A stretch of DNA of 64,000 nucleotides from an uncultured delta proteobacterium. Its GTDB lineage: Bacteria > Desulfobacterota > Desulfobacteria > Desulfobacterales > Desulfosarcinaceae. Positions 38,605 through 48,309 of this stretch are shown here, piece after piece. Position 1 is the first letter of the stretch. Every line of letters starts with the position of its first letter. Both the position numbers and the translations under genes were made by a program. Location: assembly GCA_963705435.1 (NCBI GenBank), contig CAVPJR010000028.1:22104-86103 (forward strand), given 5' to 3'. The notes under the pieces were generated by a model. That model had not been told where the DNA came from and did no database searches. It saw only the letters and a program-made list of their open reading frames with translations.

Positions 38605-41376
38605 ATGAACACTCTCAAATTAAGCATCAGTCGAACCTTTCTAATCCATATGGCTCTCGTTGGCGTCATATCCATTTTTTCTCTCGGCTATCTTTGGGTT
38701 ACATCCGAATGGTCTATGTTTGAAAAAGAGGCGAATTCACTGCGGGCGTCCTATCTGGAGAGCCAGAAGATAACATTAATAAGTGAGGTGAATCAGGCAC
38801 TGAATTTTGTAAATTACATGAAGTCTCAAACTGAAAAACGGTTGCAAGAATCCCTAAAAGGCAGAGTTGGCGAGGCCTATGCCATCATAGAGAATATTTA
38901 TTTGAAAGAAAGAGACATAAAAAGCACAGAAGAAATTGAGGCGCTTATCAAACAAGCGCTCAGGTCCTTGAGGTACAATGACGGCCGCGGATATTATTTT
39001 GCCTTTACGTTGGAAGGTGTTGAAACGTTATTCGAAATCAGGCCTGAAATGGAAGGCACGAACATGCTGCAAGTCAAAGGGGGGGAAGGCGAGTTCGTTG
39101 TTTCCGATATGCTTGCCGTCATCAGGGAAGATGGCGAAGGGTTCTACAAATATACCTGGCCCAAACCCAACCAGCAAGGTTTTTTCCCAAGAATCGCTTT
39201 TGTGAAATTGTTCAAACCCATTGGTTGGGTAATCGGCTCCGGGGAGTATCTCGATTATATTGAGAAAGATATTCAGGAAGAGTGCCTGAAATGGATTTCA
39301 AACATCAAGTTTGATAAGGATGGCTACGTGTTTGTCGGAAAATGGGACGGGTTGGTCCTGTCTGGTCCCGAAACCGGTAAAAACATGTATGATATCGTAG
39401 ATATAAACGGTGTTAAAATCGTCCAGGAACTCATAAAATTGGCCAAAGAAGGCGGCGGTTTCGTTGAATATGTGCTTCCGAGATTCGAAGGAAAAAAACA
39501 GGCGCCTAAAATCAGCTACGCTTTAGGCGTACCTGAGTGGCAATGGTATATTGGAGCCGGCTTATATGTGGATGAAATTGACGCTGCGCTCGCGTTAAAG
39601 CAGTCTGAACTGGAACGAAGGATCAGAACAAACATTCAAAATATTGCATTGATCCTTTTTACGCTTCTTATTTTAATCTTCCTGATTGTCAAACTACTTT
39701 CGGATCGAATCCACCACAACGTAAAATTGTTTAAAAATTTTTTCAAAAAAGCGTCTGCGGATGCCATCAAAATTGAAAGAAATGCCATTTATTTCTACGA
39801 TTTTGCCCAGCTTGCTGAATCGGCAAACGATATGGTTGAGAACCGAATTCGGACGGAAAAGGCGTTGCGTGAAAGTGAAGAGAAGTTCCGGATGCTGGTG
39901 GAACAATCCCCGCTCGGGATTTCCCTGATCGGAGAAGATGGTCGATACAAATATGTGAACCCACGATTTGTGGAGATGTTTGGGTACACGATAGGTGATG
40001 TCACTACAGGAATAGAATGGTTCAACAAAGCTTTTCCAGATGACCGCTATCGCCAAAAGGTGATGAAAGCATGGTCTGATTATCAGCGGCACCCTCAAAC
40101 CAAACGATCCCGGCCACATGTTTATACCGTGACCTGCAAGGACGGTTCACAAAAAGAGATCAATTTCAGACCATTAAATATAAAAAAACAAGGTCACTTG
40201 GTTATTTATGAGGATATTACCGAACGGTCGCGATTGGAACAGCAACTTTGGCAAGCCCAAAAAATGGAAGCGATAGGAACGCTTGCAGGCGGAATAGCTC
40301 ACAATTTCAACAACCTAATGATGGGTATTCAAGGCAGAGCGTCGTTGATGACCTTGGAGTTGGGTCCTTCCCATCCCCAGCAAGAGCATATTAAAGCCAT
40401 CGAGGAACAAATCGTTAGCGCCAGCGCGCTTACCAGGCAACTACTGGGTTTGGCCCGCGGAGGTAAATACGAGGTCAAACCAATAGACCTCAACGAACTA
40501 TTGCTTTCCAGCGCGGCCATTATCGGCCGTACCCGCAAGGATATTCAGATCCACAGCAAACTATTTCCGTCGTCATTGGTGGTCGAAGCTGATAAGCGAC
40601 AGATTGAGCAGGTGTTTTTGAACATTTTTGTCAATTCCATACAAGCCATGCCGGACGGCGGCGAAATCTACCTGGAAACATCGATCCTGAATTTAAACGC
40701 TGGCTTTTGCAAACCATATGCTGCCATGCCCGGTCGATATGTCAAAATTTCTGTAAAAGACACCGGTGTCGGCATGAACAAAGAAACCTGCCAGCAGGTC
40801 TTCGATCCCTTTTTTACGACTAAAGATAAATACCTGGGCACTGGATTGGGTTTGGCGTCGGCCTATGGCATCATTAAAAATCACAGTGGTGTAATAACTG
40901 TTAATAGCGATCTCGGCCACGGGACAACCATTAGCCTCTATTTGCCAGTATCGGAAAAAACAGCCCATATAGATGATGCACATGTCGATGATATGATCAT
41001 CCGAGGATCGGAAACGATTCTCCTGGTTGACGATGAAGATATCATGATTGATGTGGGTAAACCGATGTTGGAGAATTTGGGTTATCGTGTCATTGTCGCC
41101 AACGGTGGAGAAAATGCTGTTGATGCGGTATCTGAAACAGGGGACAATATTGATCTTGTCATTCTTGATTTAATCATGCCGGGGATGGATGGCAGCGGAA
41201 CCTTTGACGCTATCCGTGAGATTCATCCAAAAATGCCAATCATATTGTCCAGTGGGTATTCTCTCAAAGGCAAAGCAACTGATATCATGCGACGGGGATG
41301 TAACGCGTTTATCCAAAAGCCGTTCAATATTTCTGAAATATCTCAGTTGATTCGAAAAGTTCTTGATGTAGGATAG
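38605..41376 (+). CDS. Hybrid sensor histidine kinase (tandem Cache, PAS, HisKA/HATPase, receiver)
   Basis: GYYF..YTWPKP..WVIGSG; AGGIAHNFNN; DTGVGM, FFTTK, GTGLGL; ILLVDDE, LDLIMP, QKPF. Confidence 0.92.
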   Translation: MNTLKLSISRTFLIHMALVGVISIFSLGYLWVTSEWSMFEKEANSLRASYLESQKITLISEVNQALNFVNYMKSQTEKRLQESLKGRVGEAYAIIENIYLKERDIKSTEEIEALIKQALRSLRYNDGRGYYFAFTLEGVETLFEIRPEMEGTNMLQVKGGEGEFVVSDMLAVIREDGEGFYKYTWPKPNQQGFFPRIAFVKLFKPIGWVIGSGEYLDYIEKDIQEECLKWISNIKFDKDGYVFVGKWDGLVLSGPETGKNMYDIVDINGVKIVQELIKLAKEGGGFVEYVLPRFEGKKQAPKISYALGVPEWQWYIGAGLYVDEIDAALALKQSELERRIRTNIQNIALILFTLLILIFLIVKLLSDRIHHNVKLFKNFFKKASADAIKIERNAIYFYDFAQLAESANDMVENRIRTEKALRESEEKFRMLVEQSPLGISLIGEDGRYKYVNPRFVEMFGYTIGDVTTGIEWFNKAFPDDRYRQKVMKAWSDYQRHPQTKRSRPHVYTVTCKDGSQKEINFRPLNIKKQGHLVIYEDITERSRLEQQLWQAQKMEAIGTLAGGIAHNFNNLMMGIQGRASLMTLELGPSHPQQEHIKAIEEQIVSASALTRQLLGLARGGKYEVKPIDLNELLLSSAAIIGRTRKDIQIHSKLFPSSLVVEADKRQIEQVFLNIFVNSIQAMPDGGEIYLETSILNLNAGFCKPYAAMPGRYVKISVKDTGVGMNKETCQQVFDPFFTTKDKYLGTGLGLASAYGIIKNHSGVITVNSDLGHGTTISLYLPVSEKTAHIDDAHVDDMIIRGSETILLVDDEDIMIDVGKPMLENLGYRVIVANGGENAVDAVSETGDNIDLVILDLIMPGMDGSGTFDAIREIHPKMPIILSSGYSLKGKATDIMRRGCNAFIQKPFNISEISQLIRKVLDVG

Positions 41377-41468
41377 CAGGCCCCACCGTTGCAAAAGCCG
41401 GAGGTATTCAGAGCCAAGGCTTGCCGATGATATCCAGCGGGAAAATGCAAATATGGTTGTGACATTTT

Positions 41469-41831
41469 TCATGTGTTCCATGATTGAATAAATGGCGTAT
41501 ACTCGGTGTCAGGATGCAGGTCTTCCCTCACCGGTGAAAATATTTCAATGATAACTGAATCTTTTATGGCAAACGTGCTATGTTTCGCATCAACGGGGAT
41601 GCACCAACTGTCGCCCGGGTTACAGGTGTATACTTGATCATTGATGAACAGCCGGGTTTTTCCGGACAATAGGTACCCAGTCTGCTCACTAGGGTGTTGG
41701 TGAGTGGGAATACGAGTCCCCCTTGACATCCTTAATTCTGACATCAACGTATTATCGCCGTAAACCAGCGTTTTTTGTTTAATTCCTTTTATGGTGGAGC
41801 GGTAACCTTCGCTGTTATTTTTGTTGAACAT
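41469..41831 (-). CDS. Cupin domain protein
   Basis: HQHPSEQTGY, PGDSWCIP..KH, EIFSPVRED. Confidence 0.85.
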   Translation of the reverse strand: MFNKNNSEGYRSTIKGIKQKTLVYGDNTLMSELRMSRGTRIPTHQHPSEQTGYLLSGKTRLFINDQVYTCNPGDSWCIPVDAKHSTFAIKDSVIIEIFSPVREDLHPDTEYTPFIQSWNT

Positions 41832-41952
41832 GGGCCTTCTCCTTAGGCCAAAATTTAATGCTCTACCTTTTAATTTAAAAATGGACGGCGCTCAAGGTCA
41901 GCCTGTGATATCCTGAGGCTGAATGCAAATTAGACGTTACCTCGGAAAGTTA

Positions 41953-42281
41953 AACCCAAGTTGAGTGATTGTCGAGCTTGTCGCATTACCAAGGAAGCTG
42001 GCATTCCGCTATAGTGGACTATGCGGGATGTCGGCTGACACCGGTTATGTGGTGAGATCGGCAATCCCAACAGGTTTCAATTTTTTAAGAATCGGTAAAC
42101 CGCCAAAGCAAAGCATACAAACCAATTATGGTATCTGTGAAAATTGAAACGCTCAGTTTGGGTTAAAGCAGATGGCAGGCTAATGCAAGTTCCGGTGGGA
42201 CAGGTCAGTCATTGTCACCCATTCTGCGCAAAGGTAGCCACTGAAGGGGATTTTAAAGAAACTCCCTCAACCGTCGCCTGC
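41953..42281 (+). ncRNA. Putative structured non-coding RNA of unknown family
   Basis: Nested helices 41953-66/42151-64, 41967-75/42058-66, 41977-90/42043-56, 41996-42009/42023-36 and 42074-84/42140-50; nearly all non-Watson-Crick positions are G-U on the + strand. Confidence 0.6.
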
Positions 42282-42300
42282 TCCCGAAACTGGTGCTGAT

Positions 42301-42606
42301 TTACTTTTTAAAATGCGAAGTGGCTTTATCGAACGCCGTGGCGAGGGATTTCCAGGCATCTTCAGCCCCATCTTTGAGGTCATCCCAGGCGTTTTCACTG
42401 GCCACTTCAAGTTCAATTATTTTCGTTTTCATATCTGTGCGAAGCTGCTGCAAGGCCTCGCGTTTCTCTTCAAATTTCTTAATGGCATCGGCGCTTTCAT
42501 GCTGAGCCTTGGCCTCCAGCTTGTTGCGCTCGATATTCCAGCGATAGTTCAGATCGTCATACTTTTTTTTCAGTTGAGCCAAAAATTCTTCTTTCTTGCT
42601 TTCCAT
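42301..42606 (-). CDS. Small coiled-coil protein (Sll1863-like stress family)
   Basis: MESKKEEFLAQLKKK...ASENAWDDLKDGAEDAWKSLATAFDKATSHFK; AAGGAGG RBS. Confidence 0.75.
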   Translation of the reverse strand: MESKKEEFLAQLKKKYDDLNYRWNIERNKLEAKAQHESADAIKKFEEKREALQQLRTDMKTKIIELEVASENAWDDLKDGAEDAWKSLATAFDKATSHFKK

Positions 42607-42761
42607 TATTACCTCCTTTTTTAAGGCCCCGCATAAAAAATAGTCACAACATATCGTAAGGTTAATAAAACATACGCATTTTGCCAAGTTCTTTTAGGCT
42701 AACATTTCTTAAAAGTTGTGTGTCTGGGTATCAGAAAACGATCTACCCAAAGTCACCCGTG

Positions 42762-42834
42762 TTGAACCCTCTCCACGGCCCCCCACTGCTTCGTTCCGAC
42801 AAGCGGCGGGGAATACGCTCACTATCGCGGTCCA
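42762..42834. repeat. Internally deleted copy of the 4853-4972 element
   Basis: ttgaaccctctccacggc ... caagcggcggggaatacgctcactatcgcggtcca; contains the TAG stop of the adjacent methyltransferase. Confidence 0.7.
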
Positions 42835-43484
42835 GGTTGCCCCATCAACAGCCGGTTTTTGGGTGTGATATCCTCGGGTATCCTTCGCGTCATTACCTGA
42901 TACCCCCATGCACGCAATCTCGCCGCCCGTGTAACGTCGACAGCCGTGGGTCCATCCAGCCAGCCATCCAGGCCGCCGGTGTCGCAGCGTTCCAGATCGT
43001 GGCAGCAGGGCAGCACCGCCACCCGGGCGCCGGCTTCGACGGCTTTTTCCAGCACGGTATCTGTCAGGGTCCCGCAGGCGTGGACTGACATGATCAAGTC
43101 CGATGATGAGAACTCGACAGATTCGATATCGGCTTGCACGTAGTGGACCCGTCGGCGCAGCCGAGGCCATGATTCGATCAATGCTTCGGACAGCCGATGG
43201 GCGTTTTCAGGAAGATGACAGTCAACGGCAAGGGCTTCGGGAGAGGTATCATCTAAAAGGAGCATGATATGGGCCAGGAGTCCATGGCCGCAGGCCAGAT
43301 CGATCACCCGGCCGCCCCGGAATTTTCTTCTCACCCGCCTGGCCACCTCCCAGGCCTCGAATAGCTCCTTGCCGGGCAGCGTGCCCACCCGGCAGACGGA
43401 TCGGCCAATTTTTTCGAACAAGGTGTTGCCGGGAAACCAGCTCAGCTGCTTGACGGTCAGCCGGCTCTTTGTGGATCGGTTCAC
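42822..43484 (-). CDS. SAM-dependent methyltransferase
   Basis: VIDLACGHGLL, SVHACGTLTD, LPCCH, TPKNRLL; likely GTG start at 43484 after GGAG. Confidence 0.8.
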   Translation of the reverse strand: MNRSTKSRLTVKQLSWFPGNTLFEKIGRSVCRVGTLPGKELFEAWEVARRVRRKFRGGRVIDLACGHGLLAHIMLLLDDTSPEALAVDCHLPENAHRLSEALIESWPRLRRRVHYVQADIESVEFSSSDLIMSVHACGTLTDTVLEKAVEAGARVAVLPCCHDLERCDTGGLDGWLDGPTAVDVTRAARLRAWGYQVMTRRIPEDITPKNRLLMGQPGPR

Positions 43485-43559
43485 GAGAGCTCCAGGTCCT
43501 TGCCGGCCGCATCTTCCGGTTTTCCCAATTCCCAACCGTCTTTTGACTGAACGGACGAC

Positions 43560-43742
43560 GTCGTCAACGATCATGGGAAGGGTTTGTGAACGGGTGCGGA
43601 CAACTTCCACCAGCCGCCCTTCTGACGTGCGCGCCTGCTTTTCGGCGCGAGGCCGCAATTGCACCAGTGCGATGGCAATGACCACCGCAATCAGCAAGAC
43701 GACGACAACACGAACGGTTTTAAACAGTGCCCCTTTTTTCAT
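43560..43742 (-). pseudogene. N-terminal fragment of an RND membrane-fusion protein, in frame with the methyltransferase
   Basis: MKKGALFKTVRVVVVLLIAVVIAIALVQLRPRAEKQ..RLVEVV..QTLPMIV, then similarity is lost. Confidence 0.55.
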
Positions 43743-43917
43743 CGGGTTAGGCCTCAATCGTCTTCTATCATGCGAACAGCAATTCGGAAAGAGAACGGTG
43801 GGAACAGGCACCGAATTTACACCGTAGATCCAGCCCCAGGCGATTAATCTATCGAATCACCGATTGGTTTTCAACGTCTTTTTCGGAGCCCGCGAAACAA
43901 GCAAGCAAAATAAAATC

Positions 43918-44255
43918 AACAAAATTCTGGACATTCCTGCTGACCGGTTGTATAGAAAAATGAAACTTCCTGTATGCCTCCCAGGTCGTCAGGCATCCAG
44001 AGCAATCCTCGCCGGTTCGCCCAAAAGCAGGACCATAAAGCACGACAACCAGCATGGTTACGAAAAAGTTCTGGACATTCCTGCTAAACGATTATACAGG
44101 AGAATTGAAGAAAAAGCTTGTCATGGAATTTAGTGGGCATCGCAGACCATTCAACGCATCTTTTTAGCCAGATGATGAAAACAGGACTCTGACGCATAGG
44201 TGTCCAACAAAGTTCTGGACATTCCTGCAGACCGTTTGTATAGTAAAAATAAATA
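43918..44255 (+). repeat. Three ~40-bp direct repeats at an exact 144-bp period
   Basis: ttctggacattcctgc starts at 43925, 44069 and 44213; extended consensus aaaRttctggacattcctgcWRaMcgNttRtaYag. Confidence 0.9.
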
Positions 44256-44279
44256 CACCTATAGCATACGGCTGTCTAT

Positions 44280-45171
44280 ATGCGATCGATTTCTTCCGAA
44301 CCATTTTGCGGCGAGCTGATCAGCCCAGATCAGATCAACGAAATCTCGGTTATTGTTGCCACGTTTCCGAAGCTCACCCGTACCGAACTGGCCAATACCA
44401 TTTGCGAGCTGTTTTCATGGAAAAGGCCGACAGGCAAACTGAAAACAGTCGAGTGCCGCCAATTTCTCGAGCGCTTGGATGCCAGGGGTATTATTCAACT
44501 TCCCGCGTGCAACATCCAGTTTATCAGGCAAACCAAGCCCAATGTCGACAGAACCAGGCGGACGGATTGCCAGTCGACCCTCTCAGCCAAACTGAGCGAG
44601 TTGTCCCCGCTACGTGCTGAACCGAGTCCAAAACTACGCCCAAAGGCAGCTCTGGTATGAGTACATGGATCGATATCATTACCTGGGTTACCGGATTCCT
44701 TTCGGCGCACAGCTTCGCTATTTCATCCAATCCGGCATCGACCAGGCCAGGCTGGGGTGTCTGCAATTTTCCAGTCCGGCGTGGCGGATGGCTGCCAGGG
44801 ACCACTGGATTGGCTGGAGCGATGAACAGCGCCGGAAAAACCTGCAAAAGATCATAACCAACAGCCGATTTTTAATATTTCCCTGGGTTCAGGTGAAAAA
44901 TCTGGCCAGCTCGGTGCTTTCCCTGGCGGCCAAAACAGTGCCGCATGATTGGATCGCCTGTTACGGTCGTCGTCCGGTTCTCATGGAAACGCTGGTGGAT
45001 CAAAAACAATACAAAGGCACGTGTTACCGGGCCGCCAATTGGGTGTATGTGGGCGAAACGACCGGCCGGGGACGCATGGACAGGCAGAACAAGCGCAAGG
45101 GGATGGCCGTCAAGGATATTTATCTTTACCCGTTATCAAAAAGGTTTCGGCAGGAGCTGATGATGGGCTGA
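44280..45171 (+). CDS. DUF4338 (DruA-like) domain protein; frameshift near 44613
   Basis: LTRTELANTICELFSWKRPTGKLK..CRQFLERL in one frame, then RYHYLGY..GAQLRY, NSRFLIFPWVQVKNLAS, ETLVD, GTCYRAANW..GETTGRGR in the next. Confidence 0.8.
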
Positions 45172-45494
45172 GTAAGGCAGTAAAAATGATTCGTAAAGAC
45201 GCTTCATTCTGAACGAATATGCAGTATTTACAAATAGCTAAAAAGTTTATTGGCTGTAATTAAAAAGGCGGAGCTATATCCACAATCGATCGAATATCTG
45301 GAAGCACCAACCATATAGATCATTTTTCGTAGTCTGAGGGAATCTAACCCGCTTGGCATTGTCCTGCAGTAGCCTGATTCCGAAATACCGTTTCTGCTGA
45401 GAAGGTCCCCCTGCCTTATAAGTCGATCTTGCTTATCAGTTCTTGAATCAGGTAAGCCCATCAAACAGGATCAATAATTATTGGAGCCCAATGG

Positions 45495-45881
45495 ATGATA
45501 GAAGAAGAAAAATGTGTCGTGATGGACATCGACGGAACGTTATGCCCAGTTAAACAGAGTAATGAAGAATATGAAGAATTAGTTCCTTTCCCGGAAATGG
45601 TTGCCAAGCTTATTAAATATAAAAAAGCAGGTTTTCATATAATTCTCTATACTGCCAGAAATATGCGAACATATTCAGGAAATATTGGAATGATTCAGGC
45701 AAAAACCGCTGATTTCACAATGGCATGGTTGAAAAAGTACGATATCCCATATGACGAAATACATTATGGTAAGCCGTGGCAAGGCAGGGGAGGATTTTAT
45801 GTCGACGATAAAACCATTCGTCCAAATGAATTCCTTTCCCTTGATTACAAAGAAATTATCAGGCTTTTGAACAATGAGTAA
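45495..45881 (+). CDS. Capsule biosynthesis HAD phosphatase (EcbF/BcbF-like)
   Basis: MDIDGTLC, YTARNMRT, PYDEIHYGKPW, FYVDDK. Confidence 0.85.
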   Translation: MIEEEKCVVMDIDGTLCPVKQSNEEYEELVPFPEMVAKLIKYKKAGFHIILYTARNMRTYSGNIGMIQAKTADFTMAWLKKYDIPYDEIHYGKPWQGRGGFYVDDKTIRPNEFLSLDYKEIIRLLNNE

Positions 45882-47538
45882 AGTCGTTATTCTTCCCAGT
45901 GCCAAGCTTGCTCCACTGGAACTACAAAATGAATTCGGGGTCATTCCCACTGCCATGATCCCATTGGATAGCAGGCCGGCTCTCCACTATATTGCTGATT
46001 ATTATAATAAAAGAGGTTTTAGGCTATTGGTGGCTGCACATGAAAGGGCCGAGCAGATAGCAGCTTATAGTTCCAACCACCCAGAACTGGCGATTACCGT
46101 CTTTAATGTCGGAGAAACTGCATCTATTGGTGAAACACTCTACAATTCATTGAAAAATCTGACTGAGCTACCCGATGAGTTGGTTATTAATTTCGCTGAC
46201 ACAAGTATTGCAGACGATCTTCTTGAAGGCAATGTCGTGTGCTTTAGCCGGCAAAAAGACATATTCCGATGGACTACTTTTGAACTGGAGAAAGATCGCC
46301 TGAAGTCGATCGTCGAGAAGTGGACCACAAAAAATACACATTTACCAAAAAATGTCTTTATTGGTATTTTTCGTATCAGCAATGTTTCTGATTTCTTTTT
46401 AAAATTGAGAGAAGCCATATTATCAGCAAGAATAGACTTAGACCCGTTTTATAATGGGCTCCAACACTACTTCAATGATATCGAACCTGAGCATAAAAAA
46501 TTTCAAGAAGTAAAAAAATGGTATGATTTCGGTCATCTAGATACATATTATGCGACTAAAAAAGATCTGTCGATTAATTGCCGACATTTCAACAGTATCC
46601 ATGTCGATACCCGCCGTGGGATTATTCGAAAAACAAGTAAAAATAAGAAAAAATTTATCGATGAAATTCGCTGGTACCTGAAATTGCCTGTCGGGCTGCA
46701 ATACATTGCCCCACGAATTTTTAACTATGACCTCTCGTATGGAAAACCATATGTTGAGATGGAATTTTATGGATACCCCGCGCTAAGCGATATGTATCTT
46801 TTTGGAAACCATGACATTGGGGTTTGGAATCAAATAATTACAGCAGTGGAGCAAATAACTCAGGATATGATGACTTATCGTATCAATCCTGAAGACAAAA
46901 AAAAGCTAATAACTTCAATGGAATGCATGTATCTACGGAAAACAAAAGCAAGGCTTGATAGAGTGATTAATGATCCGAACTTTTCTTTTTTCAACAAAGA
47001 GACAGTTCTAATCAATGGGAAAAAGTGCTTCGGTCTTAAGGTTGTGGTCGAAATGCTTCCCAGGGTACTTGACAATAGCCAAGTAGATCAACAAAACTAT
47101 TTTTCGATCGTCCATGGTGATCTTTGTCTAAGCAACATTCTTTATGACCAGAGAAACCGTCTGGTTAGACTTATCGATCCTCGAGGAGGTTTTGGTACTT
47201 TTGATATTTATGGTGACCCGAAATATGACATTGCCAAACTCTGTCATAGCTTTGAGGGGGATTATGACTTTCTTGTAAATGGATTGTTTGATCTAAATTG
47301 GGATAATGGGGGCCTAATAATACAGGCAAATCTTCAAGAAAAGCACCATATCATCAAAGCGCTTTTCCACCAACGCGTAACCGAAATTTGCGGCGAAAGC
47401 TATTACCAGATTAAGCTAATTGAAAGCTTGCTTTTCTTAAGCATGGTACCTTTGCATGCTGACAGACCCCTTTCACAACAAGCGTTTCTTGCCCGCGGTC
47501 TCGAAATTTTTTCTGAAATTTCTAGAACATTTATCTGA
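45874..47538 (+). CDS. Capsular biosynthesis protein with nucleotidyltransferase-like N-domain and APH/choline-kinase-like C-domain
   Basis: WYDFGHLDTYY; HGDLCLSNIL, IDPRG, YDIAKL. Confidence 0.75.
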   Translation: MSKVVILPSAKLAPLELQNEFGVIPTAMIPLDSRPALHYIADYYNKRGFRLLVAAHERAEQIAAYSSNHPELAITVFNVGETASIGETLYNSLKNLTELPDELVINFADTSIADDLLEGNVVCFSRQKDIFRWTTFELEKDRLKSIVEKWTTKNTHLPKNVFIGIFRISNVSDFFLKLREAILSARIDLDPFYNGLQHYFNDIEPEHKKFQEVKKWYDFGHLDTYYATKKDLSINCRHFNSIHVDTRRGIIRKTSKNKKKFIDEIRWYLKLPVGLQYIAPRIFNYDLSYGKPYVEMEFYGYPALSDMYLFGNHDIGVWNQIITAVEQITQDMMTYRINPEDKKKLITSMECMYLRKTKARLDRVINDPNFSFFNKETVLINGKKCFGLKVVVEMLPRVLDNSQVDQQNYFSIVHGDLCLSNILYDQRNRLVRLIDPRGGFGTFDIYGDPKYDIAKLCHSFEGDYDFLVNGLFDLNWDNGGLIIQANLQEKHHIIKALFHQRVTEICGESYYQIKLIESLLFLSMVPLHADRPLSQQAFLARGLEIFSEISRTFI

Positions 47539-47557
47539 GATACAAGAGAATCATTTG

Positions 47558-48307
47558 ATGAACCTGATAATTACCATGGCTGGTGCGGGATTGAGATTTA
47601 AGATAGAAGGATACAATCAGCCAAAGTACAAAATAAAGGTGTGCGGCGCGAATCTTTTTGAATGGTCGATGAAAAGTTTGGATAATTTTCGCACTGGTGA
47701 AAATACTTTTATATTTATCGTACGACTGGAGGATAACGCTAAAGACTTCATTGTTGAAGAATGCCGAAGAAACGAAATTTTCAAATTTAAAATAATAGAA
47801 ATTAACAGACTTACTGATGGACAGGCCAGCACAGCGCTATTTGCTCAAAAAGGTATCGTTGATGAGGCCCAACCAATCGCTATTTTTAATATCGACACTT
47901 ATGTCAATCCGGCTTTTCTTAAGCCTGAGATGGTAAAGGGTGACGGCTGGATACCTTGCTTTCCTGGTATTGGTGACCACTGGAGCTTCGCCCGGCTGGA
48001 TAAGAATGGAAAAGTTGCTGAAGTGACAGAAAAAAAAAGAGTATCTCCACATGCTTCAATTGGATTTTATTGGTTTAAATCGTTCAGTGTATACAGAACA
48101 TACTACAATCAGTATTATAAAAATTATCGTAACTTTGAAAAAAGCGAAAAATATATCGCACCCATCTATAATCGAATGATCGCTGACAACATGAAAATTT
48201 TTATAGAAGAGATCCCTTTGGATGCGGTACATGTGCTTGGAACCCCGAGTGAATTAACTAATTTTATGCAAACATTCAGTAGATATCCCGTAAAGCTCAA
48301 TTCCTAA
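47558..48307 (+). CDS. Sugar nucleotidyltransferase / GT-A fold protein
   Basis: ITMAGAGLRF..PK, TDGQA, NIDT, EKK, E.YIAP, LGTP. Confidence 0.75.
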   Translation: MNLIITMAGAGLRFKIEGYNQPKYKIKVCGANLFEWSMKSLDNFRTGENTFIFIVRLEDNAKDFIVEECRRNEIFKFKIIEINRLTDGQASTALFAQKGIVDEAQPIAIFNIDTYVNPAFLKPEMVKGDGWIPCFPGIGDHWSFARLDKNGKVAEVTEKKRVSPHASIGFYWFKSFSVYRTYYNQYYKNYRNFEKSEKYIAPIYNRMIADNMKIFIEEIPLDAVHVLGTPSELTNFMQTFSRYPVKLNS

Positions 48308-48309
48308 AT

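Noticed and set aside
40285-40315. Atypical kinase H-box (AHNFNN instead of AHDFNN)
   Set aside because: The phospho-accepting His is retained; a single substitution is not enough to claim altered function.
42090-42115. c-di-GMP-I riboswitch (ggtaaac...gcaaagc resemblance)
   Set aside because: The GNRA-capped stem and second hairpin cannot be built, and there is no downstream + strand gene to regulate.
43918-44255. 144-bp-period repeats as a CRISPR array
   Set aside because: Spacers of ~100 bp are too long, the repeats are degenerate and non-palindromic, and no cas genes are present.
44280-45171. Druantia anti-phage system
   Set aside because: Only a DUF4338 domain gene is present; there is no large DruE helicase or other dru gene nearby.
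45353-45370. Sigma54 promoter upstream of the capsule genes (ttggcattgtcctgca)
   Set aside because: GG-to-GC spacing is 9 bp, not the required 10.
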